NCBI RefSeq assembly: GCF_006345805.1 | Contig: NC_043017.1 | Coordinates: 15,686,001-15,750,000, forward strand | Direction: 5' to 3' | DNA from: Octopus sinensis | Lineage: Eukaryota | Length of the DNA: 64,000 nucleotides | Shown here: one piece after another, positions 24,547-36,569 of the stretch | Numbering within the stretch: position 1 is the first letter of the stretch | Layout of the letters: each line of letters begins with the position of its first letter | Translations under genes and position numbers: made by a program | Notes under the pieces: generated by a model | Told to the model about the DNA's origin: nothing | Databases searched by the model: none | The model's input: only the letters and a program-made list of their open reading frames with translations

Positions 24547-25688
24547 TAGCAATATACAATTCACTATGGAACACAACAGTAAACAACTCCCTTTTCTAGA
24601 CATCTTAATTAAAATAGTTGACAACCACATAGAAACAGACATCTTTTATAAACCCACAGATTCTAAACAATACCTATTATTTAACTCTTGCCACCCCAAA
24701 CACATAAAAATTAATATACCCTTTAATCTAGCGAAAAGAATCTGTACCATAGTTTCAGATACATATACTCGTGAACAAAGACTCCTTGAACTTAGATCAA
24801 CACTAACTAAAAGACACTACCCAATCTCATTAATAAATGATGGCATTAAAAGAGCTAAGGAAATAGATATACAAATGTTAAAGCAAACCAGCCGAAATAC
24901 TAAACCAGACTTAAAAATACTCCCGTACATTTCCATACATAACCCTAGAAACAACGAAGCCTTCAACATCATCACCCAAAACCTTCCCATCCTCACAGCA
25001 GGCAAAACAACGAACGAAATTTTAAGCTCATACAAAATTATAAAAAGCAAAAAGCAACCGAAGTCACTGAAAAAATATTAACCAGCGCAAGACTATATCC
25101 ACTAACAACAGAGCCAAAAGTGAAAATATGTGGACTACTAACTGTGGAACATGCCCCCACCTTCTGGAGGGTTCAGAATTTCACTTCAAACAAGGAGAAA
25201 TATTTAAGATCAAATCAAATTTCACCTGTGCCTCAGAAAATCTAATCTATGTCATGACATGCTTAGGATGTGGTAATCGCTATATTGGACAAACAGGAAT
25301 TTCAGTCCGTCGAAGAACCACCATTCACAGAGAGCAAATACGCCACCCACAATACAGACAGTTACAGGTTAGTGAACACATAGAAAGGTGTTCCAGGAAT
25401 CTTAATCCTAATTTCCAAATCTTCCCCTTCTATCAATGTTCACAGAACACCACAATGCAACAAAGGTTGAATAAAGAGGCATTTTTCATCAATAAATACC
25501 TCCCCCAACTAAATATGAACACACAGCTTAATACTGAACACCACTAACCCTTCAATTAAAACCACTAACCCCTATACATTCACATTACAATTCTATATCT
25601 AAATCCAGAACTACTTACCTCCCTTACAAATAATCTTTTTTCTCAGGAACTATTAGACCTGACACCGTGTATTAGCCGGTGTTTATTC

Positions 25689-25727
25689 AAAGCAATGAAT
25701 AGCTTTGCCGAAACCATGGTATGCTTT
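25689..25727 (+). ncRNA. decayed hammerhead in the PLE 3' pLTR
   Basis: aaagca ATGA atagctttgcc GAAA ccatgg TA tgcttt: perfect stem I and palindromic stem III; CTG of the core is missing. Confidence 0.55.
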
Positions 25728-25965
25728 GTTTTCTGACTTTTTAATCATCTCATAATAATGACTTTTATTACTACCTCAGTCCATCTAAATTTTAATATCT
25801 GTCGTTACCTTTCATAAAAAGCCTTTTCCTTTTTTATTTACAATGTGCATTTTCGTTGATTTTTCATATTTTCCCCTTACATTTCCACGAGTATTTTATA
25901 TTTTCTTTTTGTAACATATTTCTACTATATATATATATATATATATATGTTTGTGATGTCCTGTT

Positions 25966-25966
25966 A

Positions 25967-26039
<73 letters not shown>

Positions 26040-26040
26040 T
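25966..26040. repeat. (TTA)n microsatellite
   Basis: Directly visible. Confidence 0.95.
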
Positions 26041-26281
26041 ACTGTTTTTACGTATTATTTTTGTATTCATATTCGTGTAACATCGCCCGTTTTTCTGTCC
26101 TTGTTTTGTATACATTCGAAGCTTTCTTCCAAGGAATCTAATGCTCTTAGCTTAGTTTTTCCTTGGGGCTGGCCAGATTGGAGCAATCTCAAGATTAATC
26201 AGCCGAAATTGCGAGGATGATCCGGTTCTTGACTGAAGATTGAAGCTTTCGAATGTCCCGTACGTAAGTAACCCTCTCTCT

Positions 26282-26358
<77 letters not shown>

Positions 26359-26439
26359 AGCTTTAGCTCAGAGCTGCGGTCATGCTGGGGCACCACCGTT
26401 TTGCTACACTGTTATTATTGAGAGCCTCCCCTAATATGT

Positions 26440-27050
26440 GGCATTTGGTGAATAATGGGGTTTCATGTTGCTACCCTCATTTGCACCTTTTGCTGCGAAG
26501 TAGGTTCATCTGGGACTCTCGATAGGAAGAGGTCCCGTTTTGATTTGAAAACACCTACATCCACTTTGTGTAGGTCCCTCAGGCTCTTTGGGAGAATATT
26601 AAAAAGCTGTAGGCCTCTGAAACCCAGGATGTTCAATGCCAAAATTTGGCACAATTCTTTCTAGGATCTTCCAGATGTATATTACCGCATACCTCTCCCG
26701 CCTTCGCTCCAGGGTCTTAGCTGTTTCCCTGTAGCTGAACTGTTGCAACGAGACGATCTTCTTTGTGAAGGTCCGCTGTTAATTTCACACTGTTGGGCGA
26801 CCATAGCTGGGAACAGTAATCCAGGCGGCTGAGGACGAATGTCCTCCACAGGAGCATCATGGTTTCCTTCACTCTGCTTCTGAACGTTCTCAGGATCCAT
26901 CCATCCAGCCGTCTGCACTTTGTCGCCATCCTAGTAATATGCACTTGGAAAGAAGTATCATCACTCATGTCGATACCCAGGTCCCTCACAGATTTAGGTT
27001 CTGGGATTGTAATCCCCTAGGGACCAGTGTATCCTGTAAGTTTTATATTC
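26440..27050 (-). mobile_element. CR1 LINE 3' part
   Basis: RDLGIDMSDD...GWILRTFRSR...WRTFVLSRLDYCSQLWSP and RGLQLFNILPK. Confidence 0.88.
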
Positions 27051-27132
27051 AGAAAGAATGATAAATTTGTACTCAACAAAAATATCGAGTGACCCATCAG
27101 GTCAATGTAAAGTTGTTATCAAAACTGAACGT

Positions 27133-27560
27133 AAGGTGGCGCACTAGCAGAATCGTTAGCACGCTGGACAAAGCGCTTGGCAGCTGATCGTCTTCATGTT
27201 CTGAGTTCAAATTCCGCTGAGGTCGACTTTGACTTTCAAGCACTGGGGTCGAGGAAATTGGTGGCCTTGTGCCAGAATTTGAAACCCATCATAACAGAAC
27301 ATAAAAAACAAGCATTGATTATATATATATATGCATATATATGTGTTTGTGTGTGTATGTGTCTGTGTCTCCCCACCGTCGCTTGACAGCCGATGTTGGT
27401 GTGTTTATGTCCCCGTAACTGAACGGTTCGGCCAAAGAGACTGAAAAAATTTGTATTAGGCTTACAAAGAATGAGTCCCCGAGTCGATTTGTTCGACTAA
27501 AGGCGGTGCTCCAGTATGTCCGCAGTCAAATGACTGAAACAAGTAAAACAAAAAAAAGAA
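27133..27560 (+). mobile_element. adjacent SINE copies (Meta-like at 27133-27295; tail at 27345-27560)
   Basis: Family head, core and tails as in other copies. Confidence 0.7.
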
Positions 27561-27627
27561 TAAGTACATAAATGTGAAAGAAGGTGGGGAAAATAGTACT
27601 CGAATACCAGAGGTAGAGCAATATGCT

Positions 27628-27825
27628 TTTTTATTATTAAAGCTGCAAAAACATCATAAAAATAACACACAAAACATCTGCTTCTCAGAATTTCATGTTC
27701 CCGTTCATCGGATAGTTTTCATCAAGAATGGATGAACACAGTTGCCCGATGAACGGGAACGTGAAACTCTGAGTAGCAGACTTTCGTGGTATTTTTGTGT
27801 TGTTTTTGTAGCTTAAATAATAAAG
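27628..27825. mobile_element. PLE-like fold-back with a hammerhead in each arm
   Basis: Arms about 27628-27719 and 27746-27825. Plus-strand motif gttgc CCGATGA acg-ggaa-cgt GAAA ctctgag TA gcagac at 27741-27781. Confidence 0.7.
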
Positions 27826-27949
27826 TGTGTGCATGTATGTTTATATATATATTACGACGATGCATTAGCTGGCCGAAACTTCGAAGTCACTGTCGATCTG
27901 GCCCCTGAGATCTAGTTTGGACTTCAATCCACCCCCGCCAAGGGTCAAA

Positions 27950-28170
27950 CGAGTTTTAAAACACAGACACAAAGACACACGCACGCAGATGTGTGTGCGT
28001 GTCTACAAGGGGCTTCTTTCAGTTTCCGTCTACCAAATCCACCCGCAAGGCTTTTGTTGGCCTGGGGTTATAGTGGAAGACATCTACCCCGGGTGCCACG
28101 CAGTGAGACTGAACGCAGAACCATGTGGTTGGGAAGCAAGCTTCTTAATCCACAAAGCCACGCCGACGTC
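27950..28170 (-). mobile_element. CORE-type SINE 5' half
   Basis: ttcagtttccgtctaccaaatccac...gactgaacgcagaacc...agccacgcc. Confidence 0.75.
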
Positions 28171-29166
28171 GATAGTGAATGATTTTATTTTCACGGTCGC
28201 AAATGTAATCTTTTACCTGAAAAATAGGCGAGATGGTCACGGCCGAATGTCGTTGATCGATACTAAACAACAATAATAACCAAACATTTTTTGGGTGTCG
28301 CTGTGAACCCGAAGTTTATTATTTAGCCCCAGGTCGGTATTGATCCAGTCAAACTCACTCCAGTCATGACCACCCAATATGTCTGGAGGTACTCTGTATC
28401 TTGTACTACATTATGGAATGTGTCCTTCCATTTTTAAGTTGCCACTTAGGAATTTGATAAAGATTTCGCTGTTATTTCTAGCAAGCAGACAAGGTTACAT
28501 AATTTAAACCGAGTTGTCTCCCTTACACCATTTCACTCCATGAAATGAAACAACGCAAATACCTATGCGGTCGCTTACTTTGCAAGAAATAACAGCCCAA
28601 ACCCTCTTGAATCACAGATCTACCGCCTGAAATAAGGAAAGAGCGATGGTCGCGGTTAGAATGCGTTTGATTATTCGCTCCATTCGATCGATCACTATTT
28701 GATCTGGAGCTAAATAATCATAAAATTAAATTAATGTTTATATTTTTTCACTTTTCGATTGAAATACGATAAAAAATGATGCCTCGTCTCCCGGTGGTAA
28801 GGGTGGGGGGCGTACTTTGTTGTTAATCAGTTCGACCCCCATTGATTGATAGAAGGAATTATAATCGATAATTGATCACATTAAAAGTGAATTCCCAGTT
28901 TGACACAAATGGGGGTCATTGTTTAATAGTTGCGGGTGGTATGGTTGGAACGTCTTTGATTATAGGTGTTTTCGGTTTGGACAGGACTGACCTGGGGCTA
29001 AACAGCAGCAGCGAGGACGGCAAGAACAACAACAACAACAACACCATTAAAAAGACAAAAATAAAAGAAAAAACTGCAGTAAAAACAACATCAACAACAA
29101 CAACATTAGCAATAGCAGCAAAGAAAAAGAACTACGTAAACAAATAAATAAATTTTCTTATTGGTC

Positions 29167-29437
29167 TTCCGTCGGTTACGACGACGAGGGTTCCAGTTGA
29201 TCCGACCAACGGAACAGCCTGCTCGTGAGATTAACGTGCAAGTGGCTGAGTACACTACAGACACGTGCACCCTTAACGTAGTTCTCGGGGAGATTCGGGG
29301 TAACACAAAGTGTGACAAAGGCTGGCCCCTTTGAATTAAAGGTACAACTTGTTTTTTGCCAGCTGAGTGGATTGGGGCAACGTGAAATGAAATGCCTTGC
29401 TCAAGGACTCAACGCGCCGCCAAGAATTGAACTCATG
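29167..29437 (-). mobile_element. tRNA-derived SINE, same family as 40546-40866
   Basis: Reverse complement aligns end to end with 40546-40866. Confidence 0.8.
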
Positions 29438-29930
29438 ACCTTACGATCACGCACCTAACCACTAAGCCAGGCGCCTTGATGTATAAATGAACAGCTTCGT
29501 TTCTGTGATGGAACCATTAAATCGGAGTCGCGACTTATAAGAGACTTGTCAGTGCAGACGTAGGCAAAAGATACGTTAGAGTATGTACTCCTAGATACAC
29601 TATGCCTCAATAAATATATAAAGGATAATCACAGGTGGAACAGTTTTGATCAAAAGTCTGTTTATTTTAGGGTTGAACTAGAACTAAACACCAAGTACCA
29701 GTAATTCTCGAAGATGAGATGAGGTGTGTGTGTGTGTGTTTTACCTTTTGCTTGTTTCAGTCGTTAGACTGCGGCCATGCTGGGGCACCGTCTTCAAGAA
29801 TTTCTGGTCGAACGAATCGACCCCAGTAAATATTTTTATTAAGCCTACTTATTCTATCGATATCTGTTGTCGAACCGTTAAGTTACGGGGACATAAACAC
29901 ATCGATACCGGTTGTCAAGCGGTGGTGGCG

Positions 29931-29961
<31 letters not shown>

Positions 29962-30218
29962 TCCTATGGGCTTGGGTGAACATTTTCTAAAAAAGATCCA
30001 CTAAAATTCCTCGGGCGTTGACAGAAACAGCGGACGCCTCATCATCCGGTCCAGGAAACACTAAACTTCGTCTTTTACTGGATGAGATGTGAATTCAATG
30101 TCGGAAAAGAAATTCTAAAATATTGTTTCTGTTCTTTAGAGTCTTCAATGAAGAAAGCAGTTCAAATGGAAAAAACAATTTGCAATGAATAGACGTTTCC
30201 TCTCAAATTGTTGTGCAT

Positions 30219-30268
<50 letters not shown>

Positions 30269-30296
30269 AAGTGTGCGTGCGTAAGTGTGTGTGCGT

Positions 30297-30352
<56 letters not shown>

Positions 30353-30562
30353 CGTTGAGATTTGAGTTCTTGGCAGAATTTAAGAGACAAAGATTCCTTG
30401 TTCAGTCAACAGAGTTTCAAAGATCTGTGAAGACGTTATTAAGTTAGAAGGTGTATATATATGTATAGTTATATGTGGGTATATACATAACTGTTTGTGT
30501 GGGTGTGGGTGCCTGTGTGGTGTGTGGATGTGTGTGTGTGTCTGCGTGTGTAGGTGTATTTC

Positions 30563-30603
<41 letters not shown>

Positions 30604-30712
30604 ATGTATGTATGTATGTATGTATGTATGTATGTATGTATATATATATATGTGTGCGTGTATGTATGTATGTATGTATGTATGTACGTATGTATGTATA
30701 CATGTATGTATG

Positions 30713-30763
<51 letters not shown>

Positions 30764-31099
30764 ATACATGTATGTATATATTGTATATGTATGTGTATGT
30801 GAGTATGCACATGTAAATGTTCATTCCAGGAATCTCAAACGAGGAATTCTGGAATATTTTCCAAATCTTTATGAAACGTAATCGGTTTGTTTTGTTCTCT
30901 CTTGGAAAATACCAAAACCTCCGGGCTTCGTTTCCGCCGATCTTTTCTGTTGCCGAACGCAAAAGCTACGTATGCATTGTGTTAGTCTATGTATAGATGT
31001 ATGCATTTAGGTATGCGTGTGTGTAGCTGCATGTTTACACGTATGTATATATGTATGTGCGTGTGTGCGCACGTGTGCGTGTGTGCGCACGTGTGCGTG

Positions 31100-31134
<35 letters not shown>

Positions 31135-31455
31135 ATGTATGTATGTATGTATGTATGTATGTATGTATGTGTGTGTGTATATCTATACACCCGTTTACCT
31201 TGTTACATTTTTCAGTCATTAGACTGCGGCCATGCTGGGGCACCGCTTTAAGCAATTTGTTTTTTAATCGAATAAATCGCTCTCAGTACTTTTTTTTGTT
31301 AAGCCTGGTACTTATTTTATTGTTCCTTTATGCTGAACCGCTAAGTTGCGGGAACGTAAACACACCAACACCGGTTGTCAACTAGTGGTGGCGGTGGAGG
31401 GCAAACACAGACACAAAGACACATACACTTCATGTTCATACTATCATCCTCATCA

Positions 31456-31910
31456 GGGCAGCGAGATGGTTAAATCAGTAGCACACCGAACAAATTGCTT
31501 CACGGTATTTTGGCGAGCTGGCAGAACCGTTAGCACGTCGGGCGAAATGCTCAGCAGTATTTCGTCTGTCGCTACGTTCTGATTTCAAATTCCGCCGAGG
31601 TCGACTTTGCCTTTCATCCTTTCAGGGTCGATTAAATAAGTACCAGTTACGCACTGGAGTCGATATGATCGACTTAATCCGTTTGTCTGTCCTTGTTTGT
31701 CCCTTCTGTGTTTAGCCCCTTATGGGCAATAAAGAAATAGGTATTTTGTCCGTCTTTCTGTTCTAAGATCAAATGCCACCGGGGTCGACTTTGACCTTCA
31801 ATCTTTCAATAAGTAGCAGTTAAACATTGGGGTCGATCTAACTAACTTAGCCCTACCCCTATCCCATCCCAACTCCGAAATTGCTGGCCTTGTGCCACAA
31901 CTTGAAACCA
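31456..31910 (+). mobile_element. older Meta-like SINE interrupted by a young SINE (31512-31739)
   Basis: 8-bp target-site duplication ggtatttt at 31504-31511 and 31740-31747. Confidence 0.8.
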
Positions 31911-32059
31911 ATGTTTTCATTCCCTTCAAGTTTATGGGAAACACACCAATGCATAACCTTTTCTTCTGGTATAAGGAGTGGTTTTTTTTTTGTTCCGAGC
32001 CTTTGCTGAGGTCCGCTTGTCCAATAATTTCTGCGTTCCCAAAGGAGGTCATCAGGGAC

Positions 32060-32290
32060 TATTTCCACACTTATTCATTCAGACACCCCAAGAAGGTTTG
32101 GCATCTGCAGCAAGTTACAACCACAATCTGGAGAACGAATTCGTAACGTATGACCTTGAATGGGAGATCTTATCTGGGGGTCAGATCTGCCCCGGACACT
32201 GCAAACCGTGCTGCGTTTGTGCTAACGGAAGTTTGGAAATATTATCCACGAAAGATAAACTCCTTAATAAAACCCTTCGAAGAACCCTTT
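32060..32290 (+). pseudogene. decayed PLE GIY-YIG C-terminus (Naiad-like)
   Basis: HNLENEFVTYDLEWEILSGGQICPGHCKPCCVCANGSLEILSTKDKLLNK fits the W-x-I...CxxC...LLNK pattern. Confidence 0.45.
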
Positions 32291-32989
32291 GCATTCTTAA
32301 GATTTAAAACACTACGATTTTTTCCGGTTTTACCAACCCTTAATTCACTTATCGCTCTAATCTCTGCCAAATCTATTGCTGTGAGATGGAAACTGAAAGA
32401 AACCTGTTGTATGTATGTATGTGCGTGTATGTATGTGTGTGTATGTGTATGTGTATGGGTGTGTGTGCGTGTGTGTTTGTGCGTGTATGTGTGTATGTGT
32501 GTGCGCGCGCGTGTGTTTGTGTACGTTTATCTAAACATCACGTGACGGTTGAAAAGGAGCATCACCGTCATACAAGCGATGTTGATTGTTTCTTTTCTTT
32601 TGTCAAAAGCATGTCTGGGTGGGGGGTTGGGGGGGATATAATCTTACTTGGAGACAGGTGGCGGTTGGTGACAGGGGAGGCATCCGGCCGTAGAAAATCA
32701 ACCTCAACAAATTTCGTCTGAATCATTCGAACGTGGAAAAGGAAAGGGGGGGCGTTAAATGAGACATACATGCATATTCATACACACACACACACACACA
32801 CACACGCATGCATACATACATACATATATACACATATATAGATACTTACATACATACATACAGACAGACAGACAGACAGATAGGCAAACATACATACACA
32901 CACACGCATGCATACATACATACATACATACATACATACATACATACATACATACATACATACATACATACATACATACACACATAGAC

Positions 32990-33210
32990 ACAGGATTAAT
33001 ATGGACAACTGCTTCCAAATTCAGATTATAAATTCACATTTATACCAATAATAATTGGTGAACTTGGATTTGTAAGTAAATGTCTAACTGTTAGTCGGGA
33101 TAGTTTTGAATTTTCAGAAAAAGAAATCATCCGACTCGGCACATTACAAACACAACTTGTAAATGGAACAATAAAAATATGCAAGACTCTTTTCAGATTT
33201 AAAATTGTTT
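32990..33210 (+). pseudogene. R4/Dong-like RLE C-terminal fragment
   Basis: YGQLLPNSDYKFTFIPIIIGELGFVSKCL...LQTQLVNGTIKICKTLFRF. Confidence 0.6.
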
Positions 33211-33284
33211 TCGTTATCTACGGAAGCTGGTTCGTTCTTCAAAGGAAGGATTTAAATAATTAAAAACAGAAAATAACGTATATG

Positions 33285-34610
33285 GTGAATGCTCCATCGT
33301 CACAGACGATTGCCGTCTCACTGAGCTTACTGGTTGTTAGCGGCATTTCTGACCTTCCGTCCATGACCTCTCAGATGACTATTCAGTTCTGCTGCAGTTT
33401 TGCATAAGTGACAAACGAAAGTTGCAACTTCCCCTAGATTGATCGGATTACTTTGTGTAAGACATGATCCCTGTGAACTTACACGCTTCCTCCACTCAGC
33501 TCTTCCCAGTTTTTTTCAGTCTTTCAGGTCGTCTTTAGTGCAACTTTTGTCTCTTTTGCGTAGTTTGTGTTGAGGTCCCTTTCCGGAGAACAGCTCACTG
33601 CAGAATAGCCGCATTGCTATTAGCTTTCATACGCACAACATGGCCTGCCCAACCTATCTGAGTAGATGTGATGAGTGGCTGGATGTTTGTGCATCCTGCC
33701 TTAGTAAGGACTTCAGTGCCAGGTGCTTTACTTTGCCACTTGATGTTGAGTACGTATCTCAAAAACATTTCTGATGAAAACGATCAAACAACTTGAGATG
33801 CCTCCGGTGTTCTGTCCATGTTTCAGAAGAGTACAATAGAGCAGTCAGTACGCAAGCCTTATAAACGCTCAAGCTGGTCTTCTTGATAATGCTGTGATTT
33901 CTTCCCAGACTCTCTTTTCAAGCTTCCCAAATGCTACAGATGTTTTCTGAATGCATTTATGTATTTCTGGTTTCAGGGAGCCTTCTCTCGACAACACGCT
34001 ACTCAAATAAACAAAGGAGTCAATTACACCAAATCTTGTACTCTATCCTACGATGTCTGGTTTTTAAATATTTGGTGCAATTATGAACATTACCCTGTTT
34101 TTCTTTAGTTTTTTTTTTTATTTTGTTTCTCGGACTTATTTTAAGGCCAAAGGTCCTAAGTTGAGCAGCAAAACGATTCATAATTTGTTGCATGCCATCA
34201 TTCAGTGTGAGCCAGGAAGTCAGCGTAATCTGCATAAGGAAGTTCCTTGAACGAATTTTTAAACATTGAAGACTCTTCCAGGAATTCTGAACGGCAGAAG
34301 GATGCCATTATCCCAGTTGTAGAAAGCAGAACAGCAAAGAATATGGAAGAAAGCGTGGGAGCAGGAATATCGCCTTGCTTTACCCTATTATCAATCTTTC
34401 TGTTAAGATGCTCTGAGTCTTCATGTCTCGGTTTCTGTTGCTTGAATGAATTGACAAACAATGGTGGACACCCGACCTCTCCAGGGATTGTCCACAGGAG
34501 GGGGGGCGTCTCTGTTGATTCTATCAAAGGCTTTCTTTGAATCCGCAAAGACTTGATATAAAGTCATCTGCTGTTCAATGCATTTCGCTTTTGTGTGTCT
34601 AGCAAAGAAT
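33285..34610 (-). mobile_element. RTE (BovB-like) LINE RT region to 3' end, frameshifted
   Basis: YQVFADSKKAFDRINR, VKQGDIPAPTLSSIFF, ELPYADYADFLAH, FGLKIS, GWAGHVVRM. Confidence 0.88.
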
Positions 34611-34629
34611 ATCAAAGAATTGTTCCTCC

Positions 34630-34920
34630 ATCTGATCTAAAGACAGCCATCCATCCAGCCAGCCAGCCAGCCAACCAGCCAGCCAGCCAACCAGCCAGCC
34701 AGCCGGCCAGCCAGCCAGCTAGCCAGCCAGCCAACCAGCCAGCTAGCCAGCCAGCCAGCCGGCCAGCCATCCAACTAGTCAGCCAGTCACCCAACAAACC
34801 AGCCATCCAACCAAACAGCCAACCAGCCAGCCAGCCAGACAGACACCAGCCAGCCATCCAACCAACTAGCCAGCCAGTCACCCAACTAACCAGTCAGCCA
34901 GTCAGACAGACAGACAGACA
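34630..34920. repeat. degenerate (CCAG)n/(CCAA)n tetranucleotide array
   Basis: Directly visible; gives the QPAS-repeat ORF. Confidence 0.9.
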
Positions 34921-35000
34921 GGCATAATGGCAAGGAGCAATACAGGAGAGAGAAGAAAAGAAATTGTAAAATGAGAAAATCTATTGAATTGGATGACAAA

Positions 35001-35033
<33 letters not shown>

Positions 35034-35397
35034 AGAGAAGTAGGCATAAAGCATGTGAAGAAGGACTCAAAAGAAAGTGATGGGTCCCTCTTAATGATTC
35101 ATTTTCTAATCTATTTGGCTCCTCAGATAAATTCATTCATGTCTTTCCATTTTTTAAAAATTCATTTTAATCCTTTCTAATATATATAAATATATATATA
35201 TATTTATATATATAAATATATATATGAGATGCAGCACAAAGTTTTGTCAGGGAACAGGTCGTGGTCGGAAAGCGACGAAAATATTTTGACAAATTAAATT
35301 TAAATGTTGAAGTGAATCTAACGGTTTTGTGTGTTTCTTAAATGGCTTATAAACACCTTCCACGCTGCAATTATATATATATATATATATATAATTT

Positions 35398-35790
35398 TTT
35401 TTTTTACTTGTTTCAGTCATTCGACTGTGGCCATGCTGGAGCACCGCCTTTAGTCAAGCAAATCGACCCCGGGACTTATTCTTTGTAAGCCCAGTACTTA
35501 TTCTATCGGTCTCTTTTGCCGAACTGCTAAGTGACGGGGACGTAAACACACCAGCATTGGTTGTCAAGCAATGCTAGGGGGACAAACACAGACACACAAA
35601 CACACACATACATATATATACATATACACGACAGGCTTCTTTCAGTTTCCGTCTACCAAATCCACTCACAAGGCATTGGTCGGCCCGGGGCTATAGCAGA
35701 AGGCACTTGCCCAAGATGCCACGCAGTGGGACTGAACCCGGAACCATGTGGTTGGTTAGCAAGCTACTTACCACACAGCCACTCCTGCGC
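35398..35790 (-). mobile_element. full-length CORE-type tRNA-derived SINE with an internal (TA/CA) microsatellite
   Basis: Head ggcgcaggagtggctgtgtgg, B-box ggttcagtccc, CORE-like ttgggcaagtg, tail ...gactgaaacaagtaaaa. Confidence 0.85.
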
Positions 35791-36246
35791 CATATATATA
35801 TATTTATATATATTTATTAAAGAACTCGAAATAAATTCCATAGCGAATTAAAATCATGACTATTGATGTAAGCATTACTGACCGCACAAACTCAACATTT
35901 GTGCTTTGCTTGTTTGTCGGGTTCCCTGTGACAGAGCGCGTGGGGATGACTCCCCTATCCTCGTGTCTCATCGTTTTCGTAGCTCTGATCTTTTTCCACA
36001 ACTTTTCTTTGTTGCTTTTGAAATTTGAATAAATCTTCCCTCCTTTGCAGACATGGTATAATGGAATATCAAGTAACAGAAAAAAAGAAAAACGGAATTT
36101 AAGGACATTCATGAGAAAACCATTTATTTCTTTGTCATTTTATTTCCTTATATTTGTGTGTGTGTGTGTGTGTGTGTGTTTGTGCAAGCCATCTGAGAGT
36201 CCATAAACCAGGAAAAAAAGCATTCATATATCTGTCAATAGAGTGG

Positions 36247-36522
36247 GTGTATTACTCGAAGTGTACAGTATTATATATTCATTACGGCCAATCCTATCAA
36301 TCGGGTTCGCACTGGGGCTTCAACAGGGTGTTAGGTAATAGTCTGATTACGTAACCCTGCATTCTTCAGTCGCCATATTTCATTCCGTAACAGCTACCCC
36401 TGAAGAGTACATGGTGACATAATCAGACTGTTACATAACACTCCGTTGAACCTCTAGTGTAAAACTGATTGGTAATATTGGCCATAATATATATATAATA
36501 TAGTACACTTCAGTTAATACAC
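36247..36522. mobile_element. imperfect fold-back (MITE-like) element
   Basis: Arms of over 100 nt align, from gtgtattactcgaagtgtac / gtacacttcagttaatacac inward to tcttcag / ctgaaga. Confidence 0.65.
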
Positions 36523-36569
36523 ACACACACACACATACGTACGTATGTATGTGTGTATGTATATATATG

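Larger units (their letters stand above)
22660..25930 (+). mobile_element. Penelope-like element (Neptune-like): RT plus GIY-YIG endonuclease, pseudogenised, with 3' pLTR
   Basis: IKEADK, YGLPKIHK, LRPIIAG, SFDVVNLYTNIP, GIAMGTRAAP, WKRYLDDCF, FTME...LPFLDI, YKPTD, a Cys-rich linker (NCGTC), and IYVMTCLGCGNRYIGQT. Confidence 0.93.

Noticed and set aside
28205-28225. Minus-strand tttttcag|gtaaaag as a recursive splice site
   Set aside because: A single short motif is expected by chance in AT-rich DNA, and no host intron is established.
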